From: Chloroflexota bacterium
GTDB taxonomy: Bacteria; Chloroflexota; UBA11872; VXNJ01
Length of the DNA: 64,000 bases
Direction of reading: 5' to 3'
Assembly (NCBI GenBank): GCA_965208775.1
Contig: OZ242360.1
Span: 3,037,404 to 3,101,403 of the forward strand
Positions 8,924 to 18,329 of this stretch are shown here, piece after piece. The translations under genes were made by a program, and so were the position numbers. The notes beneath the pieces are model-generated. The model searched no databases. It worked only from the letters and a program-made list of their open reading frames with translations, and was not told the origin of the DNA. Positions within the stretch are counted from its first letter, which is position 1. Each line of letters starts with the position of its first letter.

Positions 8924-9820
8924 ATGGCACGGAGGTCTGGCTTGGAAACCCGCTTACTCGGTACCGGCAAGGAAGTGCTGATAGGAGCCGACCATCCGTT
9001 TTGCCCAATCGGCGAACGGATCAACCCGACCAATAAGCCGAGGCTGACGCGGGCGATCAAGGAAGGTAACTGGGAGCACCTTCAGCGAATGGCCAGGCGT
9101 CAGGTGAGGGCCGGGGCGAAGGTCGTAGATATCAACGTAGGGGTGCCTGGAGCGGACGAGGCGGCGGCGATGCGGTCGGCGGTGAGGGCGATCCAGGAAG
9201 TGATCGATGTTCCGATCTCCATCGACTCGTCGACGATAGAAGTGCTGCTGGCGGGTCTGGAAGTCGCCGAGGGACGCCCGCTGGTGAACTCGGTTCCGGC
9301 CGAGGAGACGTACATGGAGCGCCTGCTCCCGGCCATCAAGGACCGCGACGTTGCGATGATCGGCATGTGCATGAAGGGCGGCGCCAACATGCCGACCACC
9401 GTGGAAGAGCGTATTGAAATAGCCCACACGCTACTCGATGAGGCGGACAAACACGGTATCGCGTCGGAGGACGTGATTATCGACGTATTGATCCTGCCGA
9501 TTGGCGCCGATCATGGTACGGGGTTGACGACGCTGCAGAGCATTGAGACGGTCGCAACCGAGCTTGGCAACAACACCAGCGTGGGCTTGAGCAATTTGTC
9601 GTTCGGTATGCCCGACCGCCAGTTTTTGAACACTCTGATGCTCGCCATGTGTATTCAAGCGGGTCTTACGGCGGCGATTCTCGACGTCGTCCAGACGCAG
9701 GTCCAGATGGCGATTTCGGGTTCGGACATGATTCGAGGTCTCGACGAGTACTGTATGAGGTGGATAGCAGAGTTCCGGGCGCGACAAGCCAAACAGGCGG
9801 CGAAGACGGGCACGGCCTGA
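8924..9820 (+). CDS. Pterin-binding methylcorrinoid:tetrahydrofolate methyltransferase (MeTr/AcsE/CmuB-like MT II)
   Basis: PIGERINPT, VVDINVG, LVNSV, DVLILP, GLSNLSFG and MLAMCIQAGLTAAILD match Moorella MeTr motifs IGERIN, DLNVG, INS, DPLILP, GLSNVS and MAMACGLDAAI. Confidence 0.75.
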   Translation: MARRSGLETRLLGTGKEVLIGADHPFCPIGERINPTNKPRLTRAIKEGNWEHLQRMARRQVRAGAKVVDINVGVPGADEAAAMRSAVRAIQEVIDVPISIDSSTIEVLLAGLEVAEGRPLVNSVPAEETYMERLLPAIKDRDVAMIGMCMKGGANMPTTVEERIEIAHTLLDEADKHGIASEDVIIDVLILPIGADHGTGLTTLQSIETVATELGNNTSVGLSNLSFGMPDRQFLNTLMLAMCIQAGLTAAILDVVQTQVQMAISGSDMIRGLDEYCMRWIAEFRARQAKQAAKTGTA

Positions 9821-9949
9821 TAGGAGGGAGCCGTCTACGACGCGCTCCGTTGCGAGAATTCCATTGACTTCCGAATTCAGCACAGATCCCAGGCTCGTTA
9901 AGAATTGACTTCCACGTCTATAGACCCCGGACCCACCAGCGCTGACGGC

Positions 9950-11806
9950 ATGATCAAGGCGAGCTTTCTTCCCGAAGAGATGGAGGTCGAGGCCCCTGAG
10001 GGCACGACGATCCTCGACGCGGCTTATCTCCATGACATTCAAGTTGAAACGGTATGCGCCGGAAATGGCACTTGCGGCAAGTGCCGCGTACTGATCAAGG
10101 GTTACGAACCGCCGTCCGCCACGGGGGCCGATAACCAGCGGCTCTCGCCCGCGCAGCTATCCGCCGGCTGGCGTCTGGCCTGTCAGCATCCATTGATCGA
10201 GTCGGGGACTTACATCCACCCGGCGGTTAGCGTGGTGTTGAAGACCGTCACGTCCGCAGATCTCGGCGACATCACGCTGCATCCAAACATCCAGAAGCAA
10301 GTTATTACTCTTCCCGAGGCCGATCTGCACAGCGCTAGCTTCGAATGGCCCATGACCCAGGAAGCTCTCGCGTCGCTGCTGGGAGGAGCAGACGCGTCGC
10401 TGCACGCTCTGCGCCAGCTGCCGTTCGTTGCCGAAAAAGCCAAAGGCGGACCGATCACGGTGACGCTCGTGGGCAGCCGAGCCGTGTCGTTCGAGCCGGG
10501 CGACACGCGGGACAAGATGTACGGGATCGCGTTCGACATAGGCACCACGAGCATCGTCGGCGCGTTGATGGACCTGGCCGACGGGAGCGAGGCGGCGGTC
10601 GCTTCCGACCTCAACGGACAGGCATACCACGGCGGCGACGTGATAAGCCGGATGTCGTTCACCCAGGGCGGGCGCAAGAACGTGAGGATCTTGCACGACG
10701 CCGTGGTCGATACGATCAACAGCATCATCGACCGCCTGCTCCGACAGGCGAAGGTCAGCCGGCGGCACGTCTACGAGTGCGTGTTCGTGGGCAACACGGT
10801 GATGACGCACCTGCTGCTGAACATCGATCCCAGCAAGATCGGGTACAGCCCGTTCGTCGGCGTTGTAAAGGACGCGCTTACAACGACCACGGAGATGCTT
10901 GGAATAAACCTGACTAAGGGAACTTCGGTATTCGTGTTTCCGAACATCGCCAGCTACGTGGGGGCGGACATAGTGGCGGGGATGATCGCCACCGGCCTGG
11001 AAGACCGTAAGGGCAACGTGTTGATGATCGATGTCGGCACCAACGGCGAGATAGCGCTCGCGGTGGACGGGCAGATATTAACGACGGCCGCTCCGGCCGG
11101 ACCTGCGTTCGAGGGGGCCGAGATAATTCAGGGAATGCGGGCTAGCCCGGGGGCTATCGAGCGGGTACGGCTGGACGACGAGGGCGTTCACCTGGAGGTC
11201 ATCGGCGGGAGCGCACCGAAAGGCATCTGTGGCTCCGGTCTGCTGGATGCGGTGGCCGAGATGCTGCGGACGGGTCTGGTGGCTCCGACCGGCAGGCTGC
11301 TGCGTCCCGAGGAAGCCCGCGAAAAATGTCCCGCGGCGCTGGCCAGGCGGGTCTTTCCCGATGACACGGGCGGGTATTTCCTGCTCTACGGCAGTTCGCC
11401 CGAATCGGAAGACCGGGTGATCCTGCACGCGGCGGACATTCGCCAGTTGCAGCTTGCGAAAGGCTCCATACGCTGCGGCGTCAACGCCCTGCTGGCCGAG
11501 GCGGGACTTGAGGGCGGCGATCTGGACGAAATCCTGTTGGCGGGAGCCTTTGGCACCTACATCGACCGCAACGCCGCGCGCGCGGTCGGACTGGTGCCCG
11601 ACGTAGAAACCAGCAAGATCTCCGCGGTCGGCAACGCCGCCGGACTAGGATCGCGAATGGGACTGCTTTCGCTGGAGGCCCGGGTAAACGCCGAGCTACT
11701 GCCGCCGAAGGTCAGCTACCTAGAGCTGTCGGCTCTGCAGGACTTCCAATGGAAGTTCGCGGAGGCGCTAGGATTTCCCGACCCCGCCACGCTGGGGAGC
11801 GGCTAG
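9950..11806 (+). CDS. Reductive activator of corrinoid enzymes (RACE/RamA-like): N-terminal plant-type 2Fe-2S ferredoxin + ASKHA ATPase domain
   Basis: The N-terminus MIKASFLPEEMEVEAPEGTTILDAAYLHDIQVETVCAGNGTCGKCRV carries the 2Fe-2S Cys pattern. An ASKHA phosphate-1 motif is GIAFDIGTTSIVGALMDL. ATG at 9950 is preferred over the TTG at 9905. Confidence 0.75.
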   Translation: MIKASFLPEEMEVEAPEGTTILDAAYLHDIQVETVCAGNGTCGKCRVLIKGYEPPSATGADNQRLSPAQLSAGWRLACQHPLIESGTYIHPAVSVVLKTVTSADLGDITLHPNIQKQVITLPEADLHSASFEWPMTQEALASLLGGADASLHALRQLPFVAEKAKGGPITVTLVGSRAVSFEPGDTRDKMYGIAFDIGTTSIVGALMDLADGSEAAVASDLNGQAYHGGDVISRMSFTQGGRKNVRILHDAVVDTINSIIDRLLRQAKVSRRHVYECVFVGNTVMTHLLLNIDPSKIGYSPFVGVVKDALTTTTEMLGINLTKGTSVFVFPNIASYVGADIVAGMIATGLEDRKGNVLMIDVGTNGEIALAVDGQILTTAAPAGPAFEGAEIIQGMRASPGAIERVRLDDEGVHLEVIGGSAPKGICGSGLLDAVAEMLRTGLVAPTGRLLRPEEAREKCPAALARRVFPDDTGGYFLLYGSSPESEDRVILHAADIRQLQLAKGSIRCGVNALLAEAGLEGGDLDEILLAGAFGTYIDRNAARAVGLVPDVETSKISAVGNAAGLGSRMGLLSLEARVNAELLPPKVSYLELSALQDFQWKFAEALGFPDPATLGSG

Positions 11807-11814
11807 CCCGCTTC

Positions 11815-13726
11815 TCAGATCGCCGGAATCCACACCTGCATAGCTCCGACGCCACGATTCCCCCAGGCGTAGTAGGGGATGGCGGTTATCGGGAGCTTGT
11901 CGGCTTCGTCGTTGCGATTGGAGGCCACGGCTCGAATTTGAGACCGTTCGTCGAACGGCTTGGGGAGGCGCTCTCCGATAGTGCGGAGAATCGTTACGCC
12001 GCCCAGCAGGTCTCGGTCGTGGCGCATGTCGAACTCATCAAGACGGCTGAGCGCGGTTTCGAAGAGGTCGATGCCGGGATGGTCTACCGCCTCGACGCAG
12101 TAGATCAAAGGCCCCCTGGCGAGGGCTATGCGTCCCCGATTGGTTGTGACGCGTTGATGACTCGACAGTTGGCGCACGGGCATAGGCAAGATGAGGGATA
12201 ACACGTCTCCCGGACTCCACCGGCGGTTCACTTCCAGATAGGTCCCTGGCGCGGCGTCCGGCTGTGCGCCCCGGCCGTTGACGGTGACGGTCGCGCGGTC
12301 GCACCATCCTGGAATTCGGACACGGAGTGCTATCTCGGATACGGGAGCTTCGACGATCTTCAACCGGATATCGCCGTCCCACGGATAACGGGTCTCGATC
12401 TCTAGTTCGATGGCCCCGCTGTCGGGCAGTGATGCGCGAACGCCGCCGGCCGCGTAGAGGTGAACCCAGAGGCAGTCGTCGGAAGTCGAGTAGAAGTATC
12501 CGGGCAGGCTCATCAGCAGGCGGGCGATGTTGGGCGGACAGCAGGCGCAATCAAACCAGCCGGCGCGCTCATAGCCGCCCCTTGAAGTGAGCGGATTTAC
12601 GTAGAAGTACTTGGTTCCGTCCAGCGAGACACCGGATAGAGCGCCGTTGTAGAGCGCGGTCTCCATGGCGTCCGCATACTTTGCGTCGCCGGTGCGGCAG
12701 AGCATTCGCCACGACCAGAATACGCCGCCGATAGCCGCGCAGGTCTCGGCGTAGGCGGTCTCATTTGGGAGTTCGTAATCGTCGCCGAAGGATTCTCCCT
12801 CATAGCGCGCGCCCAGTCCTCCGGTTATGTAGGCCTTGCGTTCGAACGCGCTCTCCCAGAGCTTCGTCGCGGCGCGGGCCATGTCGGGCCGGTGGGACTC
12901 GAGGGCTGCGTCCATCATGCCGGTTGCAAGATAGGTTGCCCGGACGGCGTGTCCGACGACCTCCGTCTGGTCGGTCACGGGAAGGTGGTCCTGATAGTAG
13001 GAGCGGTCGTATGCGCCCGGGACCGCGGGCATAAGGCTGGGCTGCCGCCCGCGGGCCTCCAGGAAATAGATCGACTGGTCCAGGTATTTGCGGTCGTCCG
13101 TCTCGCGGTAAAGCTCGGCAAGGGCAAGCTCGATTTCTTCGTGGCCGTCGACTCCCTCGCTCGCGTTGGGCCCCGAACGTGTCGCAGATGTGATCGGCGA
13201 ACTGTTTGGCTACGTCGAACATTCGGCTGCCGTTGCCCGTCGCTCTCCGGTGCGCGATGCCCGCCTGGATCAGGTGGCCCGCGCAATAGAGCTCGTGCTG
13301 GGTCGTAAGGTCGGAATAGCGCAGGTGCTCGCGCTCCAGCGCGAAGTAGCTGTGGACGTAGCCATCGGGGCGCTGCGCACCGGCTATGGCTTCGATCACG
13401 CCGTCAGTCATCGCGACGAGGTCGTGGTCATGTCGTTCAGCGAGGGCGTAGCTTGCGGCCTCGAGGAGCTTGTAGACGTCGGAGTCGTTGTAGACCCTTC
13501 CCTGGAACGGGGCGTTACCACCGTTCGAGAGCCTTCGGAAGTTGTCGATCCGGCCGGTCGATTCGCACATCTCGAACTGGCGAGGGAGGCCGGCTTCGCG
13601 CAGCGCGCGGCGGCGCGGCATCCAGAACTCGTCGTCGATTCGCGCGGAAGATATCGGGACAGGACGCAACAGGGAATGCGGCGAGCTGCTGGTGTCGACG
13701 ACGATTCCCCGGTCCATTTGAACCAA
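11815..13726 (-). pseudogene. Glycoside hydrolase family 127 (beta-L-arabinofuranosidase HypBA1-like), disrupted by a 1-nt frameshift
   Basis: ORF 12800..13726 reads GH127-like through ...HLIQAGIAH...ICDTFG and then turns to junk. ORF 11815..13032 carries the rest (DHLPV...GHAVRATYL...CCPPNIARL). Shifting frame by 1 nt at the GGGGCCC run (~13168..13177) restores GPNASEGVDGHEEIELALAELYRETDDRKYLDQSIYFLEARG in register. Confidence 0.6.
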
Positions 13727-13825
13727 CCTTTTCGCGGCTCGGTACTGTAATCATGGCGATGCCGTGCGGAGTATTATCGCCAATGGATCTGAGGCCTGTG
13801 CGGGTGGACTGTGTAGGAGGGCGCG

Positions 13826-15361
13826 TTGGCCAAATCCTCCCCTAGTTTGCGCAACCGGCGAAGGGATGACCGGCTTCGGGCCGCCGAGCGCCGCGGCCGC
13901 CTGATCGTGGACGACGACGGCGATCTGGCATTTGGCGATGACGCAAAAGCCGGGCGGGAGCCGTTTCTGGCGCAGCGCCTATACCCCCTGGTGGACGTGG
14001 GCGTTAAGAGCGTCGCGTGGTGCATCATGTGGGGAATCGCCCAGGGGCCGGACGAAACCACCTACTGGCAGGCCCAGCAGGCAAAGGTTCCACTCAACCA
14101 AGCCATCGCGGACCCTACGCCGGTGATGACCGAGGGCGCGCGTCGCGCCGGCATGGAGATATTCGCCTCCATCCGCATGAATGACACGCACGACGCCTTC
14201 GGCAAACCTCACGGGCGGCTCATCTATCCCTTGAAAGTCGAACATCCTGATTGGCTGCTCGGCGACGAGTGTGAGCAAGGCGATTTCGAGGTCGCACCGC
14301 AGGCGCTGATGTGGTCGGGCCTGGATTACTCCGTCCCGGACGTGCGTGAGGACCGGCTGTGGTGGGTCCGCCATTCGGCCGAGAGCTATGACGTGGACGG
14401 TGTCGAGCTGAACTTCTTCCGGATGCCGTGGTTCTTCAAGCGCGGCAAGGTCGCGGAGGGCATTCCTTTAATGACCGACCTGATACGAAAGGCGCGGCGC
14501 ATCGTCGATCGGGTATCCGAGATGCGGGAGTCTCCGATGCTGCTGGGCGTGCGGGTTCCCGGGACGGTTGAGACTTGTCTACGCGTCGGAATCGACGTCG
14601 AAGCGTGGCTGCGGGAGGACCTGGTCGACCGCCTGCTGATCGGCGGAGGTTATTCGCCCTACACGAGTCCGGCGGAAGAGATGGTGCGGATGGCGAGCGA
14701 TCACGAGGTACCGGCGTATCCATGCATCAATTGCAGCGCGCCGGGAGTGGGGGCTGACCCCGCGATGAGGGGCGCGGCCTCGAACGTTTACTTGGCGGGG
14801 GCGGACGGCATCTACCTGTGGAACTATCACTACCGGGACGTTCCGATGCTGGGATACGGCAGGCCTGAGCAGTCGGCGTATGAGCTGCTTCGAGAGATCC
14901 GATCGCCGACGGCTCTTGCGTATAGCGACAAGGCGTTTGGCGTCGAGGGGCCTGAATTCGTGGGACCTTACGCCATCGCGAGCCATCCGACGCAGCTTCC
15001 GCTCGATCTGGGCCGCCGGGCTATGAAGGCGGTCAAGACCGTACGACTGCGAATCGGGGACGACTTGAGGGCGGCACGGAGAGCCGACCGGCTGGATTGG
15101 GCGGTTCTTGAATTGAGCTTTACGGGCATTCAATCTGGAGACTGCATAGGAGTGCAGATGAACGGCAGCTTGCTGCTTTCGACTGCGGGTGCCGAATCGG
15201 GCGCACCGGATGACCGCTCGGACCGGCGTTGCTACGACGTGCCAGCTCACGCGGTGAAGCCGGGGGACAACACATTGACATTATGGATCGATGGACGGTC
15301 TTCCCAAGCGGAGAGCGGCGTGACCTTGACCGCAGCGTGGGTGCATGTCGCGTATCGTTGA
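13826..15361 (+). CDS. Glycosyl-hydrolase-like family 10 (GHL10/DUF187) TIM-barrel protein, putative
   Basis: The segment GLDYSVPDVREDRLWWVRHSAESYDVDGVELNFFR fits the GHL10 pattern P-E-V-R...YDVDG-x-L-DF. It is divergent from the GH127 gene. A C-terminal beta-rich domain is present. The start is uncertain. Confidence 0.45.
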   Translation: MAKSSPSLRNRRRDDRLRAAERRGRLIVDDDGDLAFGDDAKAGREPFLAQRLYPLVDVGVKSVAWCIMWGIAQGPDETTYWQAQQAKVPLNQAIADPTPVMTEGARRAGMEIFASIRMNDTHDAFGKPHGRLIYPLKVEHPDWLLGDECEQGDFEVAPQALMWSGLDYSVPDVREDRLWWVRHSAESYDVDGVELNFFRMPWFFKRGKVAEGIPLMTDLIRKARRIVDRVSEMRESPMLLGVRVPGTVETCLRVGIDVEAWLREDLVDRLLIGGGYSPYTSPAEEMVRMASDHEVPAYPCINCSAPGVGADPAMRGAASNVYLAGADGIYLWNYHYRDVPMLGYGRPEQSAYELLREIRSPTALAYSDKAFGVEGPEFVGPYAIASHPTQLPLDLGRRAMKAVKTVRLRIGDDLRAARRADRLDWAVLELSFTGIQSGDCIGVQMNGSLLLSTAGAESGAPDDRSDRRCYDVPAHAVKPGDNTLTLWIDGRSSQAESGVTLTAAWVHVAYR

Positions 15362-15536
15362 GCGCGGAACCATGTAGTGCAAGGTTGTGATGCACGCCGC
15401 CGGCTTTGAGCCGGTGGAGGATTCCGGGGCCGTCGCCTGGATAGTTGCGGCAGAGGCGGTCGCATAGTTTCCGGCATTTGAGATTGGCGCTACTATCGGA
15501 AGCGGTTCTAGAAATACCGGTGCGGAGGAAGTTCTT

Positions 15537-16676
15537 GTGGCTGTAGCATCGCAATCGACTGCCGAGACCGAAGTCTACGCGGACCTTGGACTGATCCCCG
15601 TGATAAACGCGCGAGGGAATCAGACGTTGCTGGGAGGATCGACCGTACCTGACGAAGTTCAGGAAGCGATCGATGCCGCGAACCGATACTACGTCATCAT
15701 GGAGGACTTGTTCGCGGCGACGGGTCGTGTAATCGCCGATCTGCTCGAATGCGAAGCGGCCTACGTTACTTCGGGCTGCGCGGCAGCGCTAGCGCTGGGG
15801 GCGGCGGCGTGCATCGCGGGCGATGACGAGGAGAAAGTCAAAAACCTGCCCCACACCGAAGGGATGAAGAACGAGGTCGTAATACAGGGAACGCAGCGGT
15901 ACAAGTACGAGCACGCGCCGACGGTGTCCGGGGCAAAGCTCGTGGAGGCGGGCGACGCGAACGGCGTGACGCCGGCGCAGCTTGAAGGAGCCATTGGACC
16001 AGACACGGCCGTGGTGTTGTTCGTCGCACACCTGGATGCCGTTGACGGGATCGTCCCGCTGGACCAGGTTGTCGAGATTTCACACCGTCACGGAGTTCCG
16101 GTGATGGTGGATGCCGCACAGCAGATATACCCGCTCGAGCGAATGCGCATGTGGACAAAGATGGGCGCCGATCTAGTTTGCTTTGGAGCCAAGTACTTCG
16201 GATCGCCGCATTCGAGCGGCATCCTCTGCGGCCGCGAAGACCTTGTAGCCTCAGCGGTTAGACAGGGATTTATAGGATTCGAAATCGGCGCGTCGTCGAT
16301 TGGGCGTCCGTTCAAGCTGGACCGCGGCGAGGTTATCGGAGTGGTCCACGCGCTCCGACGGTGGATCTCATTGGACCACGAAGAGCGGATAGCGGCCGCG
16401 GAGGCGAAGCTCGAGATCATATCTGCTGCGGTAGAAGGGAAACCGGGCGTAAACGTATCCACCGATCCCGGCGTTCTTGTCGGCGCGCCCGCTCTATGCT
16501 TGAATTTCGAGCCTGAGTCCGGGCTGACTGCTGAGTCGGTTATCGAATCTCTGCGCGACGGTAATCCGAGCATCGTCGTCGGTGAAGAGGGTGACACCGT
16601 GATCTTCAATCCCAACACTCTGCTGGACGGAGATGCCGAAGTTGTGGCGGAACGGCTGGCGGGCATCGTCGGCTAG
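15537..16676 (+). CDS. SelA-like/DgaE-like PLP-dependent enzyme
   Basis: KYFGSPHSSGILCGREDLV and the overall ~380-aa fold-type-I layout are typical of the L-seryl-tRNA(Sec) selenium transferase-related (DgaE) family. This is a family-level call only. Confidence 0.5.
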   Translation: MAVASQSTAETEVYADLGLIPVINARGNQTLLGGSTVPDEVQEAIDAANRYYVIMEDLFAATGRVIADLLECEAAYVTSGCAAALALGAAACIAGDDEEKVKNLPHTEGMKNEVVIQGTQRYKYEHAPTVSGAKLVEAGDANGVTPAQLEGAIGPDTAVVLFVAHLDAVDGIVPLDQVVEISHRHGVPVMVDAAQQIYPLERMRMWTKMGADLVCFGAKYFGSPHSSGILCGREDLVASAVRQGFIGFEIGASSIGRPFKLDRGEVIGVVHALRRWISLDHEERIAAAEAKLEIISAAVEGKPGVNVSTDPGVLVGAPALCLNFEPESGLTAESVIESLRDGNPSIVVGEEGDTVIFNPNTLLDGDAEVVAERLAGIVG

Positions 16677-16766
16677 GCGATTGAAAACGGGATTGGCGGC
16701 ACAGGACACGCCCGGGCTCTCGTATTTCGTGCCGCGCGCCTTGAAACGAACGTGTAGGAGACATAA

Positions 16767-17849
16767 ATGCGCCTAGGCTTTTTTACGATGCCAATGCACC
16801 CTCCAGGGTCAGACCCGGCGGAAACGCTCCGGGACGATCTGGAGCAGATCGTCGTGGCCGACAAGCTGGGCTACGAGGAGGCCTGGATCGGCGAGCATCT
16901 GACCGCGGAGTGGGAGAACATCCCGGCGCCCGACCTGCTGATCGCGCAGGCGCTGCCGCTGACCGAGAACATCATCCTGGGCACGGGCGTGAACTGTCTG
17001 ACCAACCACGACCCCTTTATGCTGGCGCACCGGGTCGCACAGCTCGACAACATGGCACGCGGCCGCTTCTATTGGGGTATCGGCTCGGGGGTATTTTCGG
17101 GTGACCTGGAAGCCTACGGATTCGACCCGAAGCAGAAAGAGAACCGGCAGGCGTCGCGCGAGATTCTGGACGTGATAATCGAGCTATGGAACGATCCCAA
17201 ACCCGGAATGTACGAAAGCAAGTACTTCAAATTCAGGGTGCCGGAGCCTGATCCGCGTGTTGGGCTCGGGATGCACATGAAGCCTTATCAAAAGCCCCAT
17301 CCTCCGATAGGCGTGGCAGGTCTGACTCCGTATTCAAGCACGCTCGTCGTCGCGGGCGAGCGCGGATGGATCCCGATGAGCAGCGACATCATTCCGTGGC
17401 GAATAATCGCAACGCACTGGGATGCGGTCGAGTCGGGCGTCAAGGACGGCAGTCCCGCTCCCAACCGTTCGGAGTGGCGGATAGCCAGGGACATCTTCGT
17501 GGCGGACACGACCGAGGAAGCCCAAAAGCTGGCGCTAGAGGGTACGTTAGGCCGCGACTACGGCGACTACTTTCTGAGGCTTGGCCGACGGGCGAGGGGC
17601 ATGGAGATATTCAAGCAGGACCCCGAAACGCCCGATTCGGAAGTCGACCTCGACTACATGCTGGAGCATATCTGGGTCGTTGGCAGCCCGGACGACGTGG
17701 TCGAAAAGCTGACAGGGCTATATGAAGCCGTGGGCGGCTTCGGAGTCTTGCTGGCGGTCGGTCATGAATGGAAGCCGCATGACAAGTGGCTGCACTCGAT
17801 GACGCTGCTCGCCAAGGAAGTGATGCCCAGACTCGCGCATTTGAACTAA
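16767..17849 (+). CDS. LLM-class (luciferase-like) flavin-dependent oxidoreductase
   Basis: 360 aa with an N-terminal MRLGFF...GYEEAWIGEH signature of the bacterial luciferase-like monooxygenase family. Confidence 0.7.
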   Translation: MRLGFFTMPMHPPGSDPAETLRDDLEQIVVADKLGYEEAWIGEHLTAEWENIPAPDLLIAQALPLTENIILGTGVNCLTNHDPFMLAHRVAQLDNMARGRFYWGIGSGVFSGDLEAYGFDPKQKENRQASREILDVIIELWNDPKPGMYESKYFKFRVPEPDPRVGLGMHMKPYQKPHPPIGVAGLTPYSSTLVVAGERGWIPMSSDIIPWRIIATHWDAVESGVKDGSPAPNRSEWRIARDIFVADTTEEAQKLALEGTLGRDYGDYFLRLGRRARGMEIFKQDPETPDSEVDLDYMLEHIWVVGSPDDVVEKLTGLYEAVGGFGVLLAVGHEWKPHDKWLHSMTLLAKEVMPRLAHLN

Positions 17850-17862
17850 GCGGGTCGGCGGA

Positions 17863-18329
17863 TCAGGCGTCGCGCCAGAGCTTGCCTCGCTTCTTGACGG
17901 CGTCCAACCTGGACTCGTCGAACCCTGGCATCACGTAGCCTTCAGGTTGGGGCGGCAGCGCCCCGGCGCCCAGTTTCTCCTGTATCGCTGGATTGGTGTA
18001 ATAGGAGTTGTAAGTCTGCCGCCAGAGAGTCTCGAACTCATCGGGCAGCTCGGCTTCAACTCGTTTAAGGACGGCGTCCTTGTCGTCATCCGTAAGCCGC
18101 CTGAAGGAAGCCTGACCGCCCGACGTTGACTCGACAGCATCCAAGGCGGTCGTGATGTCCCGATGCAGCGCGGGGCGCTCGCGTAAGTAGCCTGCGACCA
18201 CCTCAGCGCCGCCTATCTCGCCCGCTCCCGGCATCTCGCCTTCGCGGGGGATCAAACGGTCCTGGATGGCGGCGAGAAGCCGCAACTGCGCCGAATTCAA
18301 TGTCCGCGAATCGCCAGCGGGACGGCTCA
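17863..18329 (-). CDS. Gluconate-2-dehydrogenase subunit-3-like small subunit, partner of the GMC oxidoreductase
   Basis: The C-terminal ~150 aa (LNSAQLRLLAAIQDRLIPREGEMPGAGEIGG...FRRLTDDDKDAVLKRV) match the family. The likely GTG start at 18329 overlaps the upstream TAG stop by 1 nt (ATAGTG), and AGGAGA precedes it. Confidence 0.5.

Noticed and set aside
12800-13726. Treating the ORF 12800..13726 tail (residues after ICDTFG) as a genuine C-terminal domain
   Set aside because: The tail is Arg/Pro-rich junk, whereas a 1-nt shift gives clean GH127 continuation. A frameshift explains both.
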